From a virus (lineage: Duplodnaviria > Heunggongvirae > Uroviricota > Caudoviricetes), in the IMG/VR virus record IMGVR_UViG_2718218136_000007, positions 1 through 49,093 of that record: a stretch of DNA of 49,093 nucleotides. One strand, 5' to 3'. Shown piece by piece: positions 1-11,135 of this stretch. The notes beneath the pieces were generated by a model. It did no database searches and had not been told where the DNA came from. It worked only from the letters and a program-made list of their open reading frames with translations. Within the stretch, counting starts at the first letter, position 1. The number at the start of each line of letters is the position of its first letter. Position numbers and translations under genes: made by a program.

Positions 1-546
1 ATGAACATTAGTGAACTTAAAAACTGTATACACTATGAAGTAATAGGTTATAAACGCCCTTTCTCCTGGCGAAAAGCAATTGTTCGCGCAATAAAACACA
101 GAAGATTACGTTATTTATTTTGGTGGCGCATAGCAAAATATCTTTTTGATAAAGGCGGATACCGGCGAAAGGTTGCAGGAAAAATAGAACGCTTCATTCT
201 TGATAAATACAATGTAACCGTTCCCTTAACTGTAAATATTGGTAAAGGGTTCGACATATCTTATCTCAATGGCGTTGTTATCGGTCACAAAGTTACAATA
301 GGTGAAAATTGTTCAATTAAGCCTGGAGTAACTATTGGACTTCGTGGTGAATTTAATGCTATGGATATTGTCATAGGAAATAATGTAACCATTGGCTGTA
401 ACGCCACCATCCTTGGTGGCAAAGTGCATATAGGGAATAATGTAAAAATAGGAGCTCATGCATTGGTACTGCATGACATTCCTGATGACTCCACATTCAT
501 TACTAAATTTCACTCTGAAATTATTTATAACTCATCTCACACATAA
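1..546 (+). CDS. Hexapeptide-repeat (left-handed beta-helix) acyl/acetyltransferase; moron distal to the tail fibre genes
   Basis: 181-aa ORF with repeated [LIV]-G-x-x-x-x hexapeptide motifs (VIGHKVTIGENCSI, VIGNNVTIGCNATILGG, VHIGNNVKIGAHALV); AT-rich relative to phage genes; opposite strand to tail genes. Confidence 0.6.
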   Translation: MNISELKNCIHYEVIGYKRPFSWRKAIVRAIKHRRLRYLFWWRIAKYLFDKGGYRRKVAGKIERFILDKYNVTVPLTVNIGKGFDISYLNGVVIGHKVTIGENCSIKPGVTIGLRGEFNAMDIVIGNNVTIGCNATILGGKVHIGNNVKIGAHALVLHDIPDDSTFITKFHSEIIYNSSHT

Positions 547-556
547 TTCCGTTTAA

Positions 557-1129
557 TCACAGCTCTGGCCATACGATATCCGGGGCTGTATTTATATCAA
601 TCCGACTCACTAATACCCGGTATTTTTTCCAGGAAGATAGCATCGAGACATCCTCATCAGTTGCCATTTCAAAATTAACAGCATCCTGCAGAATTGTTAT
701 GTTATCAGTCGCTTCCTGGATTAATCTTGCCTTTTTCTCTTCCGCCTCCCGGATCCGGAACAGTTTTTCTACTTCTGCATCTTTCACCCAGGCTGTACCG
801 TTCCACTTCTGAAACTCCCCATCCGGCGACAACCAGGTGACATTTTCCGGTAACGAGCCAAGTTCAGAAATAAATAACGCGTCGCCGGAAGCCACGTCAT
901 AGACGGTTTTTCCCCGATGATCTTCAACGAGATGCCACGATGCCTCATCACTGTTGAAAACAGCCACAAAGCCAGCCGGAATATCTGGCGGTGCAATATC
1001 GGTACTGTTTGCTGGCAGACCTGTATGAGGCGGAATATATGCGTCACCTTCACCAATAAATTCATTAGTTCCGGCCAGCAGATTATAAATTTTTATGGTC
1101 CGTGGTTGTTCACTCATTCTGAATGCCAT
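557..1129 (-). CDS. tfa: Tail fibre assembly protein (Tfa)
   Basis: 190 aa; N-terminus [48 protein letters not shown] matches lambda Tfa from memory; start overlaps stf stop (TAATG). Confidence 0.85.
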   Translation of the reverse strand: MAFRMSEQPRTIKIYNLLAGTNEFIGEGDAYIPPHTGLPANSTDIAPPDIPAGFVAVFNSDEASWHLVEDHRGKTVYDVASGDALFISELGSLPENVTWLSPDGEFQKWNGTAWVKDAEVEKLFRIREAEEKKARLIQEATDNITILQDAVNFEMATDEDVSMLSSWKKYRVLVSRIDINTAPDIVWPEL

Positions 1130-4100
1130 TATGCAAGCCTCACAATATAGTTAAATGCGATGTTTTTGACGGTGTTTTCCGCGTTACCAGCAGCGTTAAC
1201 GGTGATGGTGTGTCCATGTGAACCAATCGCAACGGAGTGCGTGTGTGCACCAATACCGACAGTATGTGCGTGTGCACCTGCAGATGCTGCTGTGCCGGAC
1301 AGTGAGTGGCTATGGTTACCATCTGTACTGGTATTAGCTAACGCCCCCGTAGACATACCTACTGAGCCTTGTACACCCCAGGTATTTTGACCTGAGCTTG
1401 TATAACCATATTGATAAGTATCTTTAAAAACACTGGGGTTAAATCGACGGCCATCTCTATGGCTGTGATTACCAGCTGCATTCGTGCTGCCACTTAAACT
1501 ATGGGTATGCGCACCAGTGTTATTCGTGGATTTAGTGCCGTAATCAAACGACGATGTGGTTTTCGTCCCCAAATCAGTACTGGATGCGCTGGCGCTGTGG
1601 GTATGCGATTTTATGCCGTCCTGTTCCTGAGACAATACGGCACGACCACTGGCGGGCTTGCCCTTAATCGTCCAGCCACGCATATCAGGGATCACGCCTG
1701 ACGGATAAGCGGCTGCAAGTTTCGGGTAGGCAGATTTGTCAAAAGTCTGCCCCTGCATCAGGGCATAACCAGACGGAACGGTATCTGATGGCCACGGGAT
1801 TGGTGCGCCGACTGGGTAGCTTTCTGGTGGAAGATTTTTCGAGGTATAAACTTCTGCCCAGTCTTCCTCAAAACCATAACCGTCTCTTGAAGAACGGTAG
1901 AACAGACCACCATTTCTGTAATGCGCCTTCATCTGCAAGGTCCGGCAACTTCCGACTCCGGTATAGAAGTTAACCAGAATATAGCTGTCGCCAGAGCGGG
2001 TGACATTGTAAGCGCCTGATTCGGCATTCCAGGGAACGCCACCATCCGCATCGGCATATGTATCCGTTGCCCTTCTGGCAAAAGCAGCCACATGCGCGGC
2101 GGTTAAAGTAATATCTTTGGAACCATCAAACTCAACACCAGAAACCCGTCTTGGCGTTTGCAGCTTTGTTGCTGTCAATGCGTTACCGTTCAGACTTGCA
2201 GACAGCTTGGTTCCAATAACCAGTTCGCCGGTTGCGTTATCAATAGCAAACGGTCTTAATGTATTCCATCCACCATAAACATCACCTTGATTGGTAAGCA
2301 GCAGGTAAGTTTTAGCGCCATCATTACGCCATAATGCCCCATACTCCCCACCTATCATTCGAATCTGATTACCACCACGCGCTACAATTTCGTCTGTGGC
2401 AAAAAGTTTTTTGCACGACAAGTTATCGTTAACGATTAACGAATGGGACTCATAAAAACCACGCCCACTCTTAAAATCAAGGATAACGTCCGCCGCGATA
2501 CATTCAGTCGCCGGATTTGTTGCCCCAAACTTATAGGTCGTATCATCAACAACGAGATCAGCACCAGGTGCGGATATTGACAGGCCATCTTCGATAAACG
2601 CAAAAACAGGGAAAGCAGCGCCATCAACATAGAACACAGAGCGCAAATCATCGCCCTTATTACTCATCATTATTGAGTGGATGGCTCGTTCATTGTTTTG
2701 ATATTGCCAGAACATTCCATAAGCATAACGCCCCCTGTCAGTCCAGCCACCAGGCATAACAAATCCGTTAAACTCGCAGTTATTCATCGGATCGCCTGCG
2801 GTTCGCGTTGCCGTGGTGATAATGACCCTTGATGCCAGTTCGCTTACTGAGCCAGCAGAACGCATAACAACAACAGGATAATATTTTCCAGATGTTGCAC
2901 CTGCAGGAGCGTTAACCCGCACATAACGCATACCACGCTTATCAGCAAAGTCTGTTTTACTGACCGCGTTAATGTTGTTCAGGAAGCGTCCCTTATCGGG
3001 TATATCAGCGCCGTTCTGGTCTTTCTGCAGACGTTTCTCTGCATTGTCATAGGCTGCTTTTACTGCCTTTGGCGTTGCCGCCAGCGTTTCAGACGTGCTG
3101 TTGGTCGCGCTGCTGAGCTGTACTATCCCCTTTTTCGTCGTGCTCGCATCCTCAAGCGCCACGGCGGATGCAATATCCTCTGCCCGTTTTGCCGCTGTCT
3201 CGGCGCGCGTTGCTGCAGATTCCGCCGTACTTTTGCTCTGTGCTGCCGCCGTCGCACTGCCAGCTGCCTCTGTCGCCTTCGTGGATGCTGTCGTGGCGCT
3301 GCCCTTCGCTGCGGACGCTTGTCTGGTCGCCTCATCTTTTGAAGCAGACGCCGATGATGCCGATGACGCCGCCGAACTGGCGGACGATGCGGCAGCCGTT
3401 TTTGAGGATTCTGCGCTGGTTTCCGACGCTTTCGCGTTCGTCTCGGATGTCTTCGCTGCGGAAGCAGACCTCGCTGCTGCGCTGGCCTGTTCAGTGGCTT
3501 CGCCAGCCTTCGTTGTGGCTGTTGAAGCAGACGATGCGGCACTTTCTGCCGATTTTCCGGCGGCGGTGGCACTGGCTGAGGCCTGCCCGGCACTTGTTGA
3601 CGCTGCACTGGCAGACGACGCAGCCGCTGTTTTTGAGCCTGCCGCAGCCGAGGCGCTCTGTCCCGCTGCCGTTTCAGAAGACCTGGCGTTTGTCTCGGAC
3701 GTCTTTGCCGCCTTCGCGGAATTGCCTGCTGCCGTTGCCGAGGAAGCGGCACTACTGGCGCTTGATGATGCGTTCGTTTCTGATGATTTCGCTGCCTCTT
3801 TTGAGGCCGCCGCATCCCGGGCTGAGGTGGCAGCTTCTGACGCCTTCATGGTCGCGGCGGATGCAGAAGTGGCTGCTGATTGTTGTGACGCTGCCGCATT
3901 CGTTTCCGACGTTTTCGCCGCAGCGGCACTGGTGGCTGCCGCGCTTTTTGAGGACTCTGCAGCGGCAGCACTTTTTTCCGCTTCACTGGCCTTTGTTGAT
4001 GCCGTTCCTGCGCTGGAAGATGCTGACTGAGCCGACGTCGCGGCCTGCCCGGCTGATGTGCTGGCTGCACGTGCTGAGCCTGCAGCATCAGTCGCATGGG

Positions 4101-4527
4101 TTGCCGCCTCACGGGCTGATGTGCCGGCATCGCTGGCTGACTTCTTCGCGGCTGCCGTGTTCTGTGCCACCGCGGACGCGTTACGCGCCACCTCTTCCAC
4201 CATCAGTTCAAAACGGCGTAGTGCCTCCGGACGGGCATCATCCTCCGTCATGGCACCGAGAAAATCATTCAGCGTACCGGGTCGGGAATCTTCATACACG
4301 GTGATGGTCCCGGCATGTGACGGCGGGAATCCTTCCACCAACAGAATAACGCTGTACTGACCGTGCTCAACGTCCATGCTGTAACGCCCGGCTTCATCCG
4401 GATTTTCTGAGGCCAGCGTGTTCACCACCACCGTGGTGCTGTTACGTTTTGCTTTCAGCTGGATTGTGCAGTTCTGTACCGGTTTTCCTGTGCCGTCTTT
4501 CAGTACACCTGAAATCTTTACTGCCAT
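1129..4527 (-). CDS. stf: Side tail fibre protein (Stf) with long Ala/Ser/Thr-rich repeat region and C-terminal HxH-motif tip
   Basis: N-terminus [26 protein letters not shown] and C-terminus ...[11 protein letters not shown] match lambda Stf as recalled; ATG at 4527 (track start 4533 is an upstream GTG); KTSETNA-type repeats; GAHTHS/GNHSHS/GAHAHT motifs. Confidence 0.85.
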   Translation of the reverse strand: MAVKISGVLKDGTGKPVQNCTIQLKAKRNSTTVVVNTLASENPDEAGRYSMDVEHGQYSVILLVEGFPPSHAGTITVYEDSRPGTLNDFLGAMTEDDARPEALRRFELMVEEVARNASAVAQNTAAAKKSASDAGTSAREAATHATDAAGSARAASTSAGQAATSAQSASSSAGTASTKASEAEKSAAAAESSKSAAATSAAAAKTSETNAAASQQSAATSASAATMKASEAATSARDAAASKEAAKSSETNASSSASSAASSATAAGNSAKAAKTSETNARSSETAAGQSASAAAGSKTAAASSASAASTSAGQASASATAAGKSAESAASSASTATTKAGEATEQASAAARSASAAKTSETNAKASETSAESSKTAAASSASSAASSASSASASKDEATRQASAAKGSATTASTKATEAAGSATAAAQSKSTAESAATRAETAAKRAEDIASAVALEDASTTKKGIVQLSSATNSTSETLAATPKAVKAAYDNAEKRLQKDQNGADIPDKGRFLNNINAVSKTDFADKRGMRYVRVNAPAGATSGKYYPVVVMRSAGSVSELASRVIITTATRTAGDPMNNCEFNGFVMPGGWTDRGRYAYGMFWQYQNNERAIHSIMMSNKGDDLRSVFYVDGAAFPVFAFIEDGLSISAPGADLVVDDTTYKFGATNPATECIAADVILDFKSGRGFYESHSLIVNDNLSCKKLFATDEIVARGGNQIRMIGGEYGALWRNDGAKTYLLLTNQGDVYGGWNTLRPFAIDNATGELVIGTKLSASLNGNALTATKLQTPRRVSGVEFDGSKDITLTAAHVAAFARRATDTYADADGGVPWNAESGAYNVTRSGDSYILVNFYTGVGSCRTLQMKAHYRNGGLFYRSSRDGYGFEEDWAEVYTSKNLPPESYPVGAPIPWPSDTVPSGYALMQGQTFDKSAYPKLAAAYPSGVIPDMRGWTIKGKPASGRAVLSQEQDGIKSHTHSASASSTDLGTKTTSSFDYGTKSTNNTGAHTHSLSGSTNAAGNHSHRDGRRFNPSVFKDTYQYGYTSSGQNTWGVQGSVGMSTGALANTSTDGNHSHSLSGTAASAGAHAHTVGIGAHTHSVAIGSHGHTITVNAAGNAENTVKNIAFNYIVRLA

Positions 4528-4537
4528 ATTCACCCCA

Positions 4538-4565
4538 CAAAAAAGCCCGCCTGAAACGGCGGGCT
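4538..4565 (-). terminator. Candidate intrinsic terminator downstream of lom
   Basis: Minus-strand RNA: stem AGCCCGCC / GGCGGGCU (plus-strand 4544-4551 and 4558-4565), 6-nt loop, followed by U6 (plus-strand A6 at 4538-4543). Confidence 0.45.
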
Positions 4566-4591
4566 GTCATAACACTGTGTTACCTGGCTAA

Positions 4592-5191
4592 TCAGAACTT
4601 ATAACCGACACCCACGATGAAACCGTCAGTGCGCCAGTCGCCACTGCCGGAGCCTTCATAAGCAATATCAATGGCCACGGATTCGGTCGGGTTAAACTGC
4701 ACGCCAGCTCCCCACGCCAGAGACGTGTTGCTGTGGCGACCGTCATCACTTCCGGTCAGCACATCGTGCGTTTTCCCCTTGTTGTCAGTTACGCGGAGAT
4801 AATCCCCGGAGAAAGTCGACACACGGCTGTAAGCCACACCCGCCATCGCATACGCGCTGAACCATTCATTCACGCGCACAGACGGCCCCGCCATTACGCT
4901 GAACCAGCGGTTACGAACGGAATCTTCATGCCAGCGGGTATCGCTGTAACGGGTCAGCTGGCGATTCTTGTCTCCTGCATAGCTGAATGACGTCACCAGC
5001 CCCAGTGTGTCCGTAAACTCATAACGGTATTTCACGTTAATCCCGTTCAGATCATCACTGCCGGGGACGTTCGTCGAGGCATGAAGATACCCCGCGCTCA
5101 GCGTGGACTGATGTTCAGACGCCCATGCAGGCGCACCGGATACGGCCAGACAAATGGCTGCGGACAAAATTGCTGCACAAACTTTACGCAT
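4592..5191 (-). CDS. lom: Outer membrane protein Lom (Ail/Lom family)
   Basis: 199 aa, N-terminal signal peptide MRKVCAAILSAAICLAVSGAPAWA, beta-barrel-like alternating pattern, ends ...GVGYKF; position between J and stf as in lambda. Confidence 0.85.
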   Translation of the reverse strand: MRKVCAAILSAAICLAVSGAPAWASEHQSTLSAGYLHASTNVPGSDDLNGINVKYRYEFTDTLGLVTSFSYAGDKNRQLTRYSDTRWHEDSVRNRWFSVMAGPSVRVNEWFSAYAMAGVAYSRVSTFSGDYLRVTDNKGKTHDVLTGSDDGRHSNTSLAWGAGVQFNPTESVAIDIAYEGSGSGDWRTDGFIVGVGYKF

Positions 5192-5261
5192 AATTACCTC
5201 TCGCTTTTCTGCAATAAAAAAGGCGTCATTCCTGACGCCCTTTATTGGGGTTATAAATATT

Positions 5262-8200
5262 TCAACGAATACTGATGCCGGAAGCGGCTTTTTTGGTCAC
5301 AATCACCGTACAGTCGGTGATATTGCCTGCCCCCTGATTGCCTTTCTGGAAAATCTTAAACTCCAGAGTGACGCTTCCCCTGCCACTCGGCATATCAATA
5401 ACTGCACTGTAACTACCGGGAATGGCCCCTTTAGTTTCTCTGGATGCGATTAATACGCCGTTTTTGCGAACTTCAAAACCATAACCCGTGTATCGCGTGC
5501 CTCCTGGGTTATTTCCGCTCCCCGGATCGTCATACGCTATACCGTTAAAAATAATGGGCGGAATAATAATCTGGCGGTCAAAGTTATGATCATCGCTGAT
5601 GGTGACTGTAACCGTACCGTTTGGTGTTTCCGTGTTACCCCACGTACCGACTTTTTTCGGGAAGGCTTTTGATACAGCTTTAACGAAATCTCCTCTGACC
5701 TGGGTCGCCTCCAGCATGCCCTTAATCGTACAGTTCTGGTTAATCGTGACATTGTTGAGCGTTCCTGAGTTCGCATTCACACTGCCACTGATATCCGCAT
5801 TTTTCGCCGTCAGTCTCCCGTCTGATGTCAGGGAAAATGCCGGAGGATTACCGCCGCTGGTAATGGTGGGGGCCGTCAGGCGTTTCAGGAACACTTCATT
5901 CATGAATATCTGATCGCCCTGACCAACAAACATCGGCTTTGTGTTGCCATTCGCAGGATTAATCATCGCAATCCTGTCTGCTGCCAGCAGCACCTGACTC
6001 TGCATGCCGTCAGGGGTGTTCTCAATACCGGCACCGATACCCGCAATATAAAGGCGTCCGTCCTGCATCTGCTGCAGCTTCACTGCCCACATGCTGTTCA
6101 GGTTATTATTTGTATCAACCTGAACCTTCTGTATCTGCTGGATCGCTGCACTCTGGTCTTCCAGTTTCTTATTGACGGTCTGTGTTATTTCATTGCTGAC
6201 ATCCGTTATGGACGTCCTGATTTCAGTCAGGTCAGGCGCAAGCTGACCGTTATCAATCTGCGTCCACAGCTCCTGAGCCAGATGGGTTTTCCCTATCTCG
6301 CCTTTGAAAAAATCCAGATAGCCTGATGCATCATCACTCGGCTGACCGACAGCCTCCACGAATGCCGATTTGCCAACGGTGTTCACACTGCGAACGTAAA
6401 AATAATAATCATGGCCCGGTTTGATATTGATACTGGCGGCTATCCAGTACAGTGCCGTACCAAGATAACGCGCGCTGGTTTCAACCTGCCTGATATCCGC
6501 AATCCGTTTTTCCGAGAACCAGAACTCAAACTGTACCGTCGGGTCATAAACCGCAAGATGCGGCGTGGCAGTTATCTGAAAATAGCCCGGCGTCAGCTCA
6601 ATCCGCGACGGTGCTACCGGTGCGGCAATCCTGAACGATACCGACGCCGGATCGCCCTGCTGTCCCCACGCATTTACCGCCCGGACTGTCAGCGTGTACC
6701 GTCCCAGCGCCAGTTGCGTGAAGCGGTATGTGGTTTCCGCCGTCCGGGCCGTGCTGACCAGCCGCTCACTGCCGTCATCCGCTGCCACGGTCAGGCGAAG
6801 CAGGAAGCTCACGCCCTTCACCACCTTCGGCGTGTCCCATCGCGCCAGCACCTGATATTCCCCGCTGTCTGCAGTGACTTCGGCGGTCAGATGCTGCACT
6901 GCTGGCGGCGTGACACCATTCACCGTGCCGCTCTGGTCGCCGTCAAAGTGCGCCCCGTTATCCACGATGGCCTCTTTTTCCGGTACATGCTGCACGGCGG
7001 TGATGGCATACGTGCCGTCATCGTTCTCACGGATACTCACGCAGCGGAACAGGCGCTGGCGCAGCGTCGGCAGCTTCAGCCCCCACACGCTGTATCCGGC
7101 AACGCCGTCAGGAACACGGCTCACTTTTACCTTCACGCCGTCGGTGACGGACTGGACCTCCACGCTGACCGGATTGCCACTTCCGTCAACCAGGCTTATC
7201 AGCGTGGTACCGGAGGATGGCAGCGTGATTTCACGGTCGAGCGTCAGCGTCCGGGTCTGGCTGTTCACCGCCAGCACGCGCCCGCCGATGCTGATACCGG
7301 CATAGTCATCATCGCAGATTTCAATGACATCGCCCGGTACATGGCGAAGCCCTTCGGCACCCACGCTGAAGTCCACGGTCTGCGTTTCCAGCAGTTCTGT
7401 TTTAATCAGCCACAGCCCGGCGCGGTGTGCCTGCCCCCGGCTGGTACAGCCAAAAGCATCCATCTTCGTGACGTTACGACCGTAACGGGCAATGGCCTGC
7501 GTGTCCTCCACAAGCTCTGTCGCCGTCTCCCAGCCGTTATTCGGGTCAATCCAGTTCACCTCAACGGCATTATGGCGGTCCTTCAGGGCGCTGAAGCTGT
7601 AGCGGAACGGCGCACCATCATCCGGCATCACCACATTACTGCGGTTATAGGTCCACACCTTATCCGACGGTCGGTCCTGCACGAACGTCAGCGTCTGCCC
7701 GTTCCATACCGGCATACAGCGCATCGCAGAGCAGAAATCACTGAGCACATCCCACGCCTTGCGCTGTGTGGTCAGGTACGCATTACAGGTGATGCGCGGC
7801 TCCGTGCCGCCAAAACCGTCCGGCACCGACTGATCGCAATGCTGGCCGATGACATACAGCGCCCATTTGTCCACATCCGCCGCACCAAGACGTTTCCCCA
7901 TGCCGTAGCGCGGATGGGTCAGCATATCCCACAGACACCAGGCCATGTTGTTGCTGTATGCTGGCTTAAACGTTCCGTCCCAGATACCGCTGTATTGCCG
8001 CGTCTGCGGGTTATAGTTCGACGGCACCTGCAGAATGCGCCCGCGCAGATGATAATTACGGCTCACCTGCTGGCTGCCGAACTGCTCCGAATCCACCTGC
8101 ACGCCGACCAGTGCCGTGTTCGGGTAGCACTGTTTCACATCGATGATTTCGGTGTATGACGACCAGAGCGTTTTGTTCTGCAGCTGGTCTGTGGTGCTGT

Positions 8201-8759
8201 CCGGCGTCATCCTGCGCATCCGTATATTGAACGGGCGCGGCGGCAGGTTACCCACCACCACCGAGGCCAGATACTGCGAGGTGGTTTTGCCCTTAATGGT
8301 GATGTCTTTTTCCGTCACCCAGCCACCATTACGCTGGATCTGAACCAGCAGGCGGACTTCCGACGGATTCCGGTCCCCCTTTGAGGTGGTTTCCACCAGT
8401 GCCTGCACGCCGAAGGTAAAGCGCAGACGGTCAATGTTTGCCGACGTGATGGTCCGGGTGATCGGCGTGTCATATTTCACTTCTGTACCGAGCACCGTCT
8501 CGGAGCCGGAGGATTCAAATCCCTCCGGCGGTGTCTGCTCCTGCTCACCGGCCCGGAACACCACCGTGACGCCGGATATATTGGTATTCCCCTCACTGTC
8601 CAGCACCGGCGTACTGTTCAGCAGCACGCTTTTTAATCCATCCACCGGACCTTCAACCGGCCCTTCGCTGATGGCATCGATCACACTCAGCAGCTGCGTG
8701 GACTTCAGGTTGTCCTTCGCTTCGCGCGGGGTATGCCCCTTACTGCTGCCTTTACCCAT
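5262..8759 (-). CDS. J: Central tail fibre / host specificity protein J
   Basis: 1165 aa; N-terminus [37 protein letters not shown] is lambda J-like; position after I. Confidence 0.9.
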   Translation of the reverse strand: MGKGSSKGHTPREAKDNLKSTQLLSVIDAISEGPVEGPVDGLKSVLLNSTPVLDSEGNTNISGVTVVFRAGEQEQTPPEGFESSGSETVLGTEVKYDTPITRTITSANIDRLRFTFGVQALVETTSKGDRNPSEVRLLVQIQRNGGWVTEKDITIKGKTTSQYLASVVVGNLPPRPFNIRMRRMTPDSTTDQLQNKTLWSSYTEIIDVKQCYPNTALVGVQVDSEQFGSQQVSRNYHLRGRILQVPSNYNPQTRQYSGIWDGTFKPAYSNNMAWCLWDMLTHPRYGMGKRLGAADVDKWALYVIGQHCDQSVPDGFGGTEPRITCNAYLTTQRKAWDVLSDFCSAMRCMPVWNGQTLTFVQDRPSDKVWTYNRSNVVMPDDGAPFRYSFSALKDRHNAVEVNWIDPNNGWETATELVEDTQAIARYGRNVTKMDAFGCTSRGQAHRAGLWLIKTELLETQTVDFSVGAEGLRHVPGDVIEICDDDYAGISIGGRVLAVNSQTRTLTLDREITLPSSGTTLISLVDGSGNPVSVEVQSVTDGVKVKVSRVPDGVAGYSVWGLKLPTLRQRLFRCVSIRENDDGTYAITAVQHVPEKEAIVDNGAHFDGDQSGTVNGVTPPAVQHLTAEVTADSGEYQVLARWDTPKVVKGVSFLLRLTVAADDGSERLVSTARTAETTYRFTQLALGRYTLTVRAVNAWGQQGDPASVSFRIAAPVAPSRIELTPGYFQITATPHLAVYDPTVQFEFWFSEKRIADIRQVETSARYLGTALYWIAASINIKPGHDYYFYVRSVNTVGKSAFVEAVGQPSDDASGYLDFFKGEIGKTHLAQELWTQIDNGQLAPDLTEIRTSITDVSNEITQTVNKKLEDQSAAIQQIQKVQVDTNNNLNSMWAVKLQQMQDGRLYIAGIGAGIENTPDGMQSQVLLAADRIAMINPANGNTKPMFVGQGDQIFMNEVFLKRLTAPTITSGGNPPAFSLTSDGRLTAKNADISGSVNANSGTLNNVTINQNCTIKGMLEATQVRGDFVKAVSKAFPKKVGTWGNTETPNGTVTVTISDDHNFDRQIIIPPIIFNGIAYDDPGSGNNPGGTRYTGYGFEVRKNGVLIASRETKGAIPGSYSAVIDMPSGRGSVTLEFKIFQKGNQGAGNITDCTVIVTKKAASGISIR

Positions 8760-8819
8760 TCGTCATGCTCCATAAACGATAAAACCGCCCGCAGGCGGTT
8801 TCACATAAAATGTTTTGCA

Positions 8820-9461
8820 TCAGCGACCAATCACCACAACCTGACCACCGTCCCCTTCGTCTGCCGTGCTGATCTCCTGAGAAACCACACGTGACCCCAC
8901 ACGCATTTCACCGTACAGAACGGGCAGGACATTGCCCTGGGCAACCATATTATCCAGTGAAGAAAAATAGGTGTTCTGTTTGCCGTTATCCGTTGTCTGT
9001 GTGCGGGGGGTTTTGGGTTTAGGGGCCAGCATCTGTGCAACACCGCCAAGCGTCATACTGGCACCGAGAGAAAACAGCAGATTACTCGCCATAATTCCTA
9101 CCCCCGGCATCCATATAGCAACCGCCATAACAGCCGCCCCCAGCACAGCCTGAAACACACCGCCACTTTTGGCTCCCGCCAGACGCGGCACGATATGGAT
9201 CACAGCACCATTTGCCAGCGGTTCATTAAGACGGGCTGATAATTCCGTTTCACCTGTATCACGCCCGGCAATGCGTACCTGATACCAGCCGTCGCTCAGC
9301 TTCTGACGAAACGCCGGGATCTGCATGGCCAGCGCCCGGATGGCTTCGGCCCCCGTTTTCACACGCAGATCGATGCGGCGGCCAAATCGTTGTAAATCCC
9401 CGTAAAGGCAGATGCGCGCCATGCCCGGTGACGCCAGAGGGAGTGTGTGCGTCGCTGCCAT
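8820..9461 (-). CDS. I: Tail assembly protein I
   Basis: 213 aa, MAATHTLPLASPGMARICLYGDLQRF... ending ...GDGGQVVVIGR, lambda I-like; overlaps 3' end of K. Confidence 0.85.
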   Translation of the reverse strand: MAATHTLPLASPGMARICLYGDLQRFGRRIDLRVKTGAEAIRALAMQIPAFRQKLSDGWYQVRIAGRDTGETELSARLNEPLANGAVIHIVPRLAGAKSGGVFQAVLGAAVMAVAIWMPGVGIMASNLLFSLGASMTLGGVAQMLAPKPKTPRTQTTDNGKQNTYFSSLDNMVAQGNVLPVLYGEMRVGSRVVSQEISTADEGDGGQVVVIGR

Positions 9462-10102
9462 TTGTCGGTATACCTCTCTCGTTTGCTCAGTTGTTCAGGA
9501 ATATGGTGCAGCAGCTCGCCGTCACCACAGTAAATGGCGGCATGATTCGGCACCGATGAACCAAAGCAGCACAGCAGCACGTCGCCAGGCTGCGCCTCTG
9601 TCAGTGCGACACGGTAAAAACCAGTCGCCTCCATATTGTCAAGATAGAGATTCTGACCGTTACGCCACCAGTCATCCTCACGATGAAAGTCCGGCATCTC
9701 AATCCCCGCCAGATGATAAGCATCCCGGAACAGTGTGTAACAGTCCGTCACACCGTGCTCAAAGCGCCGCCCGGTGAGATGCGGCACACAGCGGAACTTA
9801 TGAATCGTCCCCCGGCAGACCAGCCACCACGGCAAATCACTCTGCACCTGCAGCCGCCGGTCGGCCTCACTCAGCCAGGGCAGACCACCGGGGTGGCTGT
9901 GGACCAGCGCCACAATCTCACCCTGCATTTCTGCCTGCAGCCAGTCTTCCGGCGACATACGGAAATACGCCTCCGGCTCACCGGAGATATTCACGTAGGG
10001 GAAATATCTTTCCCCCTCCGGCGTGCTTACCACGAAGCCGCACGACTCCGCTGGCGCACATCGCCGGGCGTGCGCCAGAATCGCTGATTCTGTCTGTGTC
10101 AT
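9359..10102 (-). CDS. K: Tail assembly protein K (MPN/JAB plus NlpC/P60-like)
   Basis: 247 aa; HSHPGG (JAMM-like) motif and C/H residues; 5-bp gap after L as in lambda. Confidence 0.85.
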   Translation of the reverse strand: MTQTESAILAHARRCAPAESCGFVVSTPEGERYFPYVNISGEPEAYFRMSPEDWLQAEMQGEIVALVHSHPGGLPWLSEADRRLQVQSDLPWWLVCRGTIHKFRCVPHLTGRRFEHGVTDCYTLFRDAYHLAGIEMPDFHREDDWWRNGQNLYLDNMEATGFYRVALTEAQPGDVLLCCFGSSVPNHAAIYCGDGELLHHIPEQLSKRERYTDKWQRRTHSLWRHRAWRASAFTGIYNDLAAASICV

Positions 10103-10107
10103 GGGAT

Positions 10108-10806
10108 TTACTGCGAAAGTTTGTTAATGGAAAGGAAGCCGCCAAAGTTGCCGACGTTATTGCGGAACTTACAACCGCTCAGGCATTTGCTGCATTTATC
10201 CTTCGTGATATCGGACGTTGGCTGGTCATATTCATCCGCGACAGCCGGACCGCTATAACCGCACTCGTCACCGCGATAGGTCCAGGTGCAGGTGTTGGCC
10301 AGCATGATACGTCCCGGAAAAACAGCGCCATCCGTTTCCGTCGGCGTGGACAGTACAAAGGAGGCACTCACCGCGCTCAGTTCGCTGCACTGCTCAATGC
10401 GCCAGCGGCTGATCACCTCCTGCTCCGGATCGGCATAACTGTTTCCGTTGACGAAGTTCACCGCATCCAGAAAACGGGCGTAAACCTTACGCCGGACCAC
10501 CGTTCCGCCGACCAGACTCTGCATATCTTCCGCCATCCCGGTGACCATACCGTACAGGTTAGAAACCGTCAGCGTGGGGCGCGTACTGGTGCCTTTGCCA
10601 TTCAGTTCAAAACCGCTCCCCTGAATGGGATACGGCTGATACTGTCGCCCCTGCCAGGTGACCGGCTCACCTTTTTCGTTCTGCTCATTACAGAAAAAAT
10701 AACGTTCTCCACCGACCTCTGTCAGGTCGATTTCCCAGAGCACCACGCTGGCCGACTGCTCCGCACGGGTGCATTCATTCAGTGTTTCCTGCCGGATATC
10801 CTGCAT
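10108..10806 (-). CDS. L: Tail tip protein L
   Basis: 232 aa, same length as lambda L; Cys cluster CSKCLSGCKF near C-terminus. Confidence 0.9.
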   Translation of the reverse strand: MQDIRQETLNECTRAEQSASVVLWEIDLTEVGGERYFFCNEQNEKGEPVTWQGRQYQPYPIQGSGFELNGKGTSTRPTLTVSNLYGMVTGMAEDMQSLVGGTVVRRKVYARFLDAVNFVNGNSYADPEQEVISRWRIEQCSELSAVSASFVLSTPTETDGAVFPGRIMLANTCTWTYRGDECGYSGPAVADEYDQPTSDITKDKCSKCLSGCKFRNNVGNFGGFLSINKLSQ

Positions 10807-11135
10807 CAGTTCACCACCTGTTCAAACTCTGCGCTGAACTCAACACGCAGCATACTGACCCGCGACGACCATTTTGCGCAGGTCACCTTTATCTGCCGCC
10901 ACTCATAAGGCGGCGTCCACAGAAAGGCTTTCCAGCCCCCGTGCTCTTCCAGAAACGACTCCAGTACCGTGGCCTCCTCACGGGGGACAGAAAGCGTCAC
11001 GCTGTACGTTTTCAGGTTGGCATTCAGCCCGGCAGGCGCTCGCTGAGAATAGCCATCACCAAAGCGCACCTTTCTTACAGAAGGGACCGAAGCCACATCC
11101 ATACCGGGTTTCACTTTCCAGCGGAAGGTCTTCAT
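10806..11135 (-). CDS. M: Tail tip protein M
   Basis: 109 aa, lambda M-like; overlapping start/stop with L and H. Confidence 0.9.
   Translation of the reverse strand: MKTFRWKVKPGMDVASVPSVRKVRFGDGYSQRAPAGLNANLKTYSVTLSVPREEATVLESFLEEHGGWKAFLWTPPYEWRQIKVTCAKWSSRVSMLRVEFSAEFEQVVN

Noticed and set aside
3095-4304. Long plus-strand ORFs (311 and 378 aa) antisense to stf
   Set aside because: They lie entirely within the GC-rich Ala/Ser repeat region of stf, which generates open frames on the opposite strand; Ala/Leu/Pro-rich low-complexity translations with no start context
6411-8159. 582-aa plus-strand ORF antisense to J
   Set aside because: Arg/His-rich nonsense translation typical of antisense frames in GC-rich coding DNA; J on the minus strand is clearly the real gene
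9359-9461. 103-nt overlap between K and I as evidence of a frameshift or pseudogene
   Set aside because: Both ORFs are full-length with intact termini and the adjacent L-K spacing is normal, so the overlap looks like a native arrangement rather than a lesion
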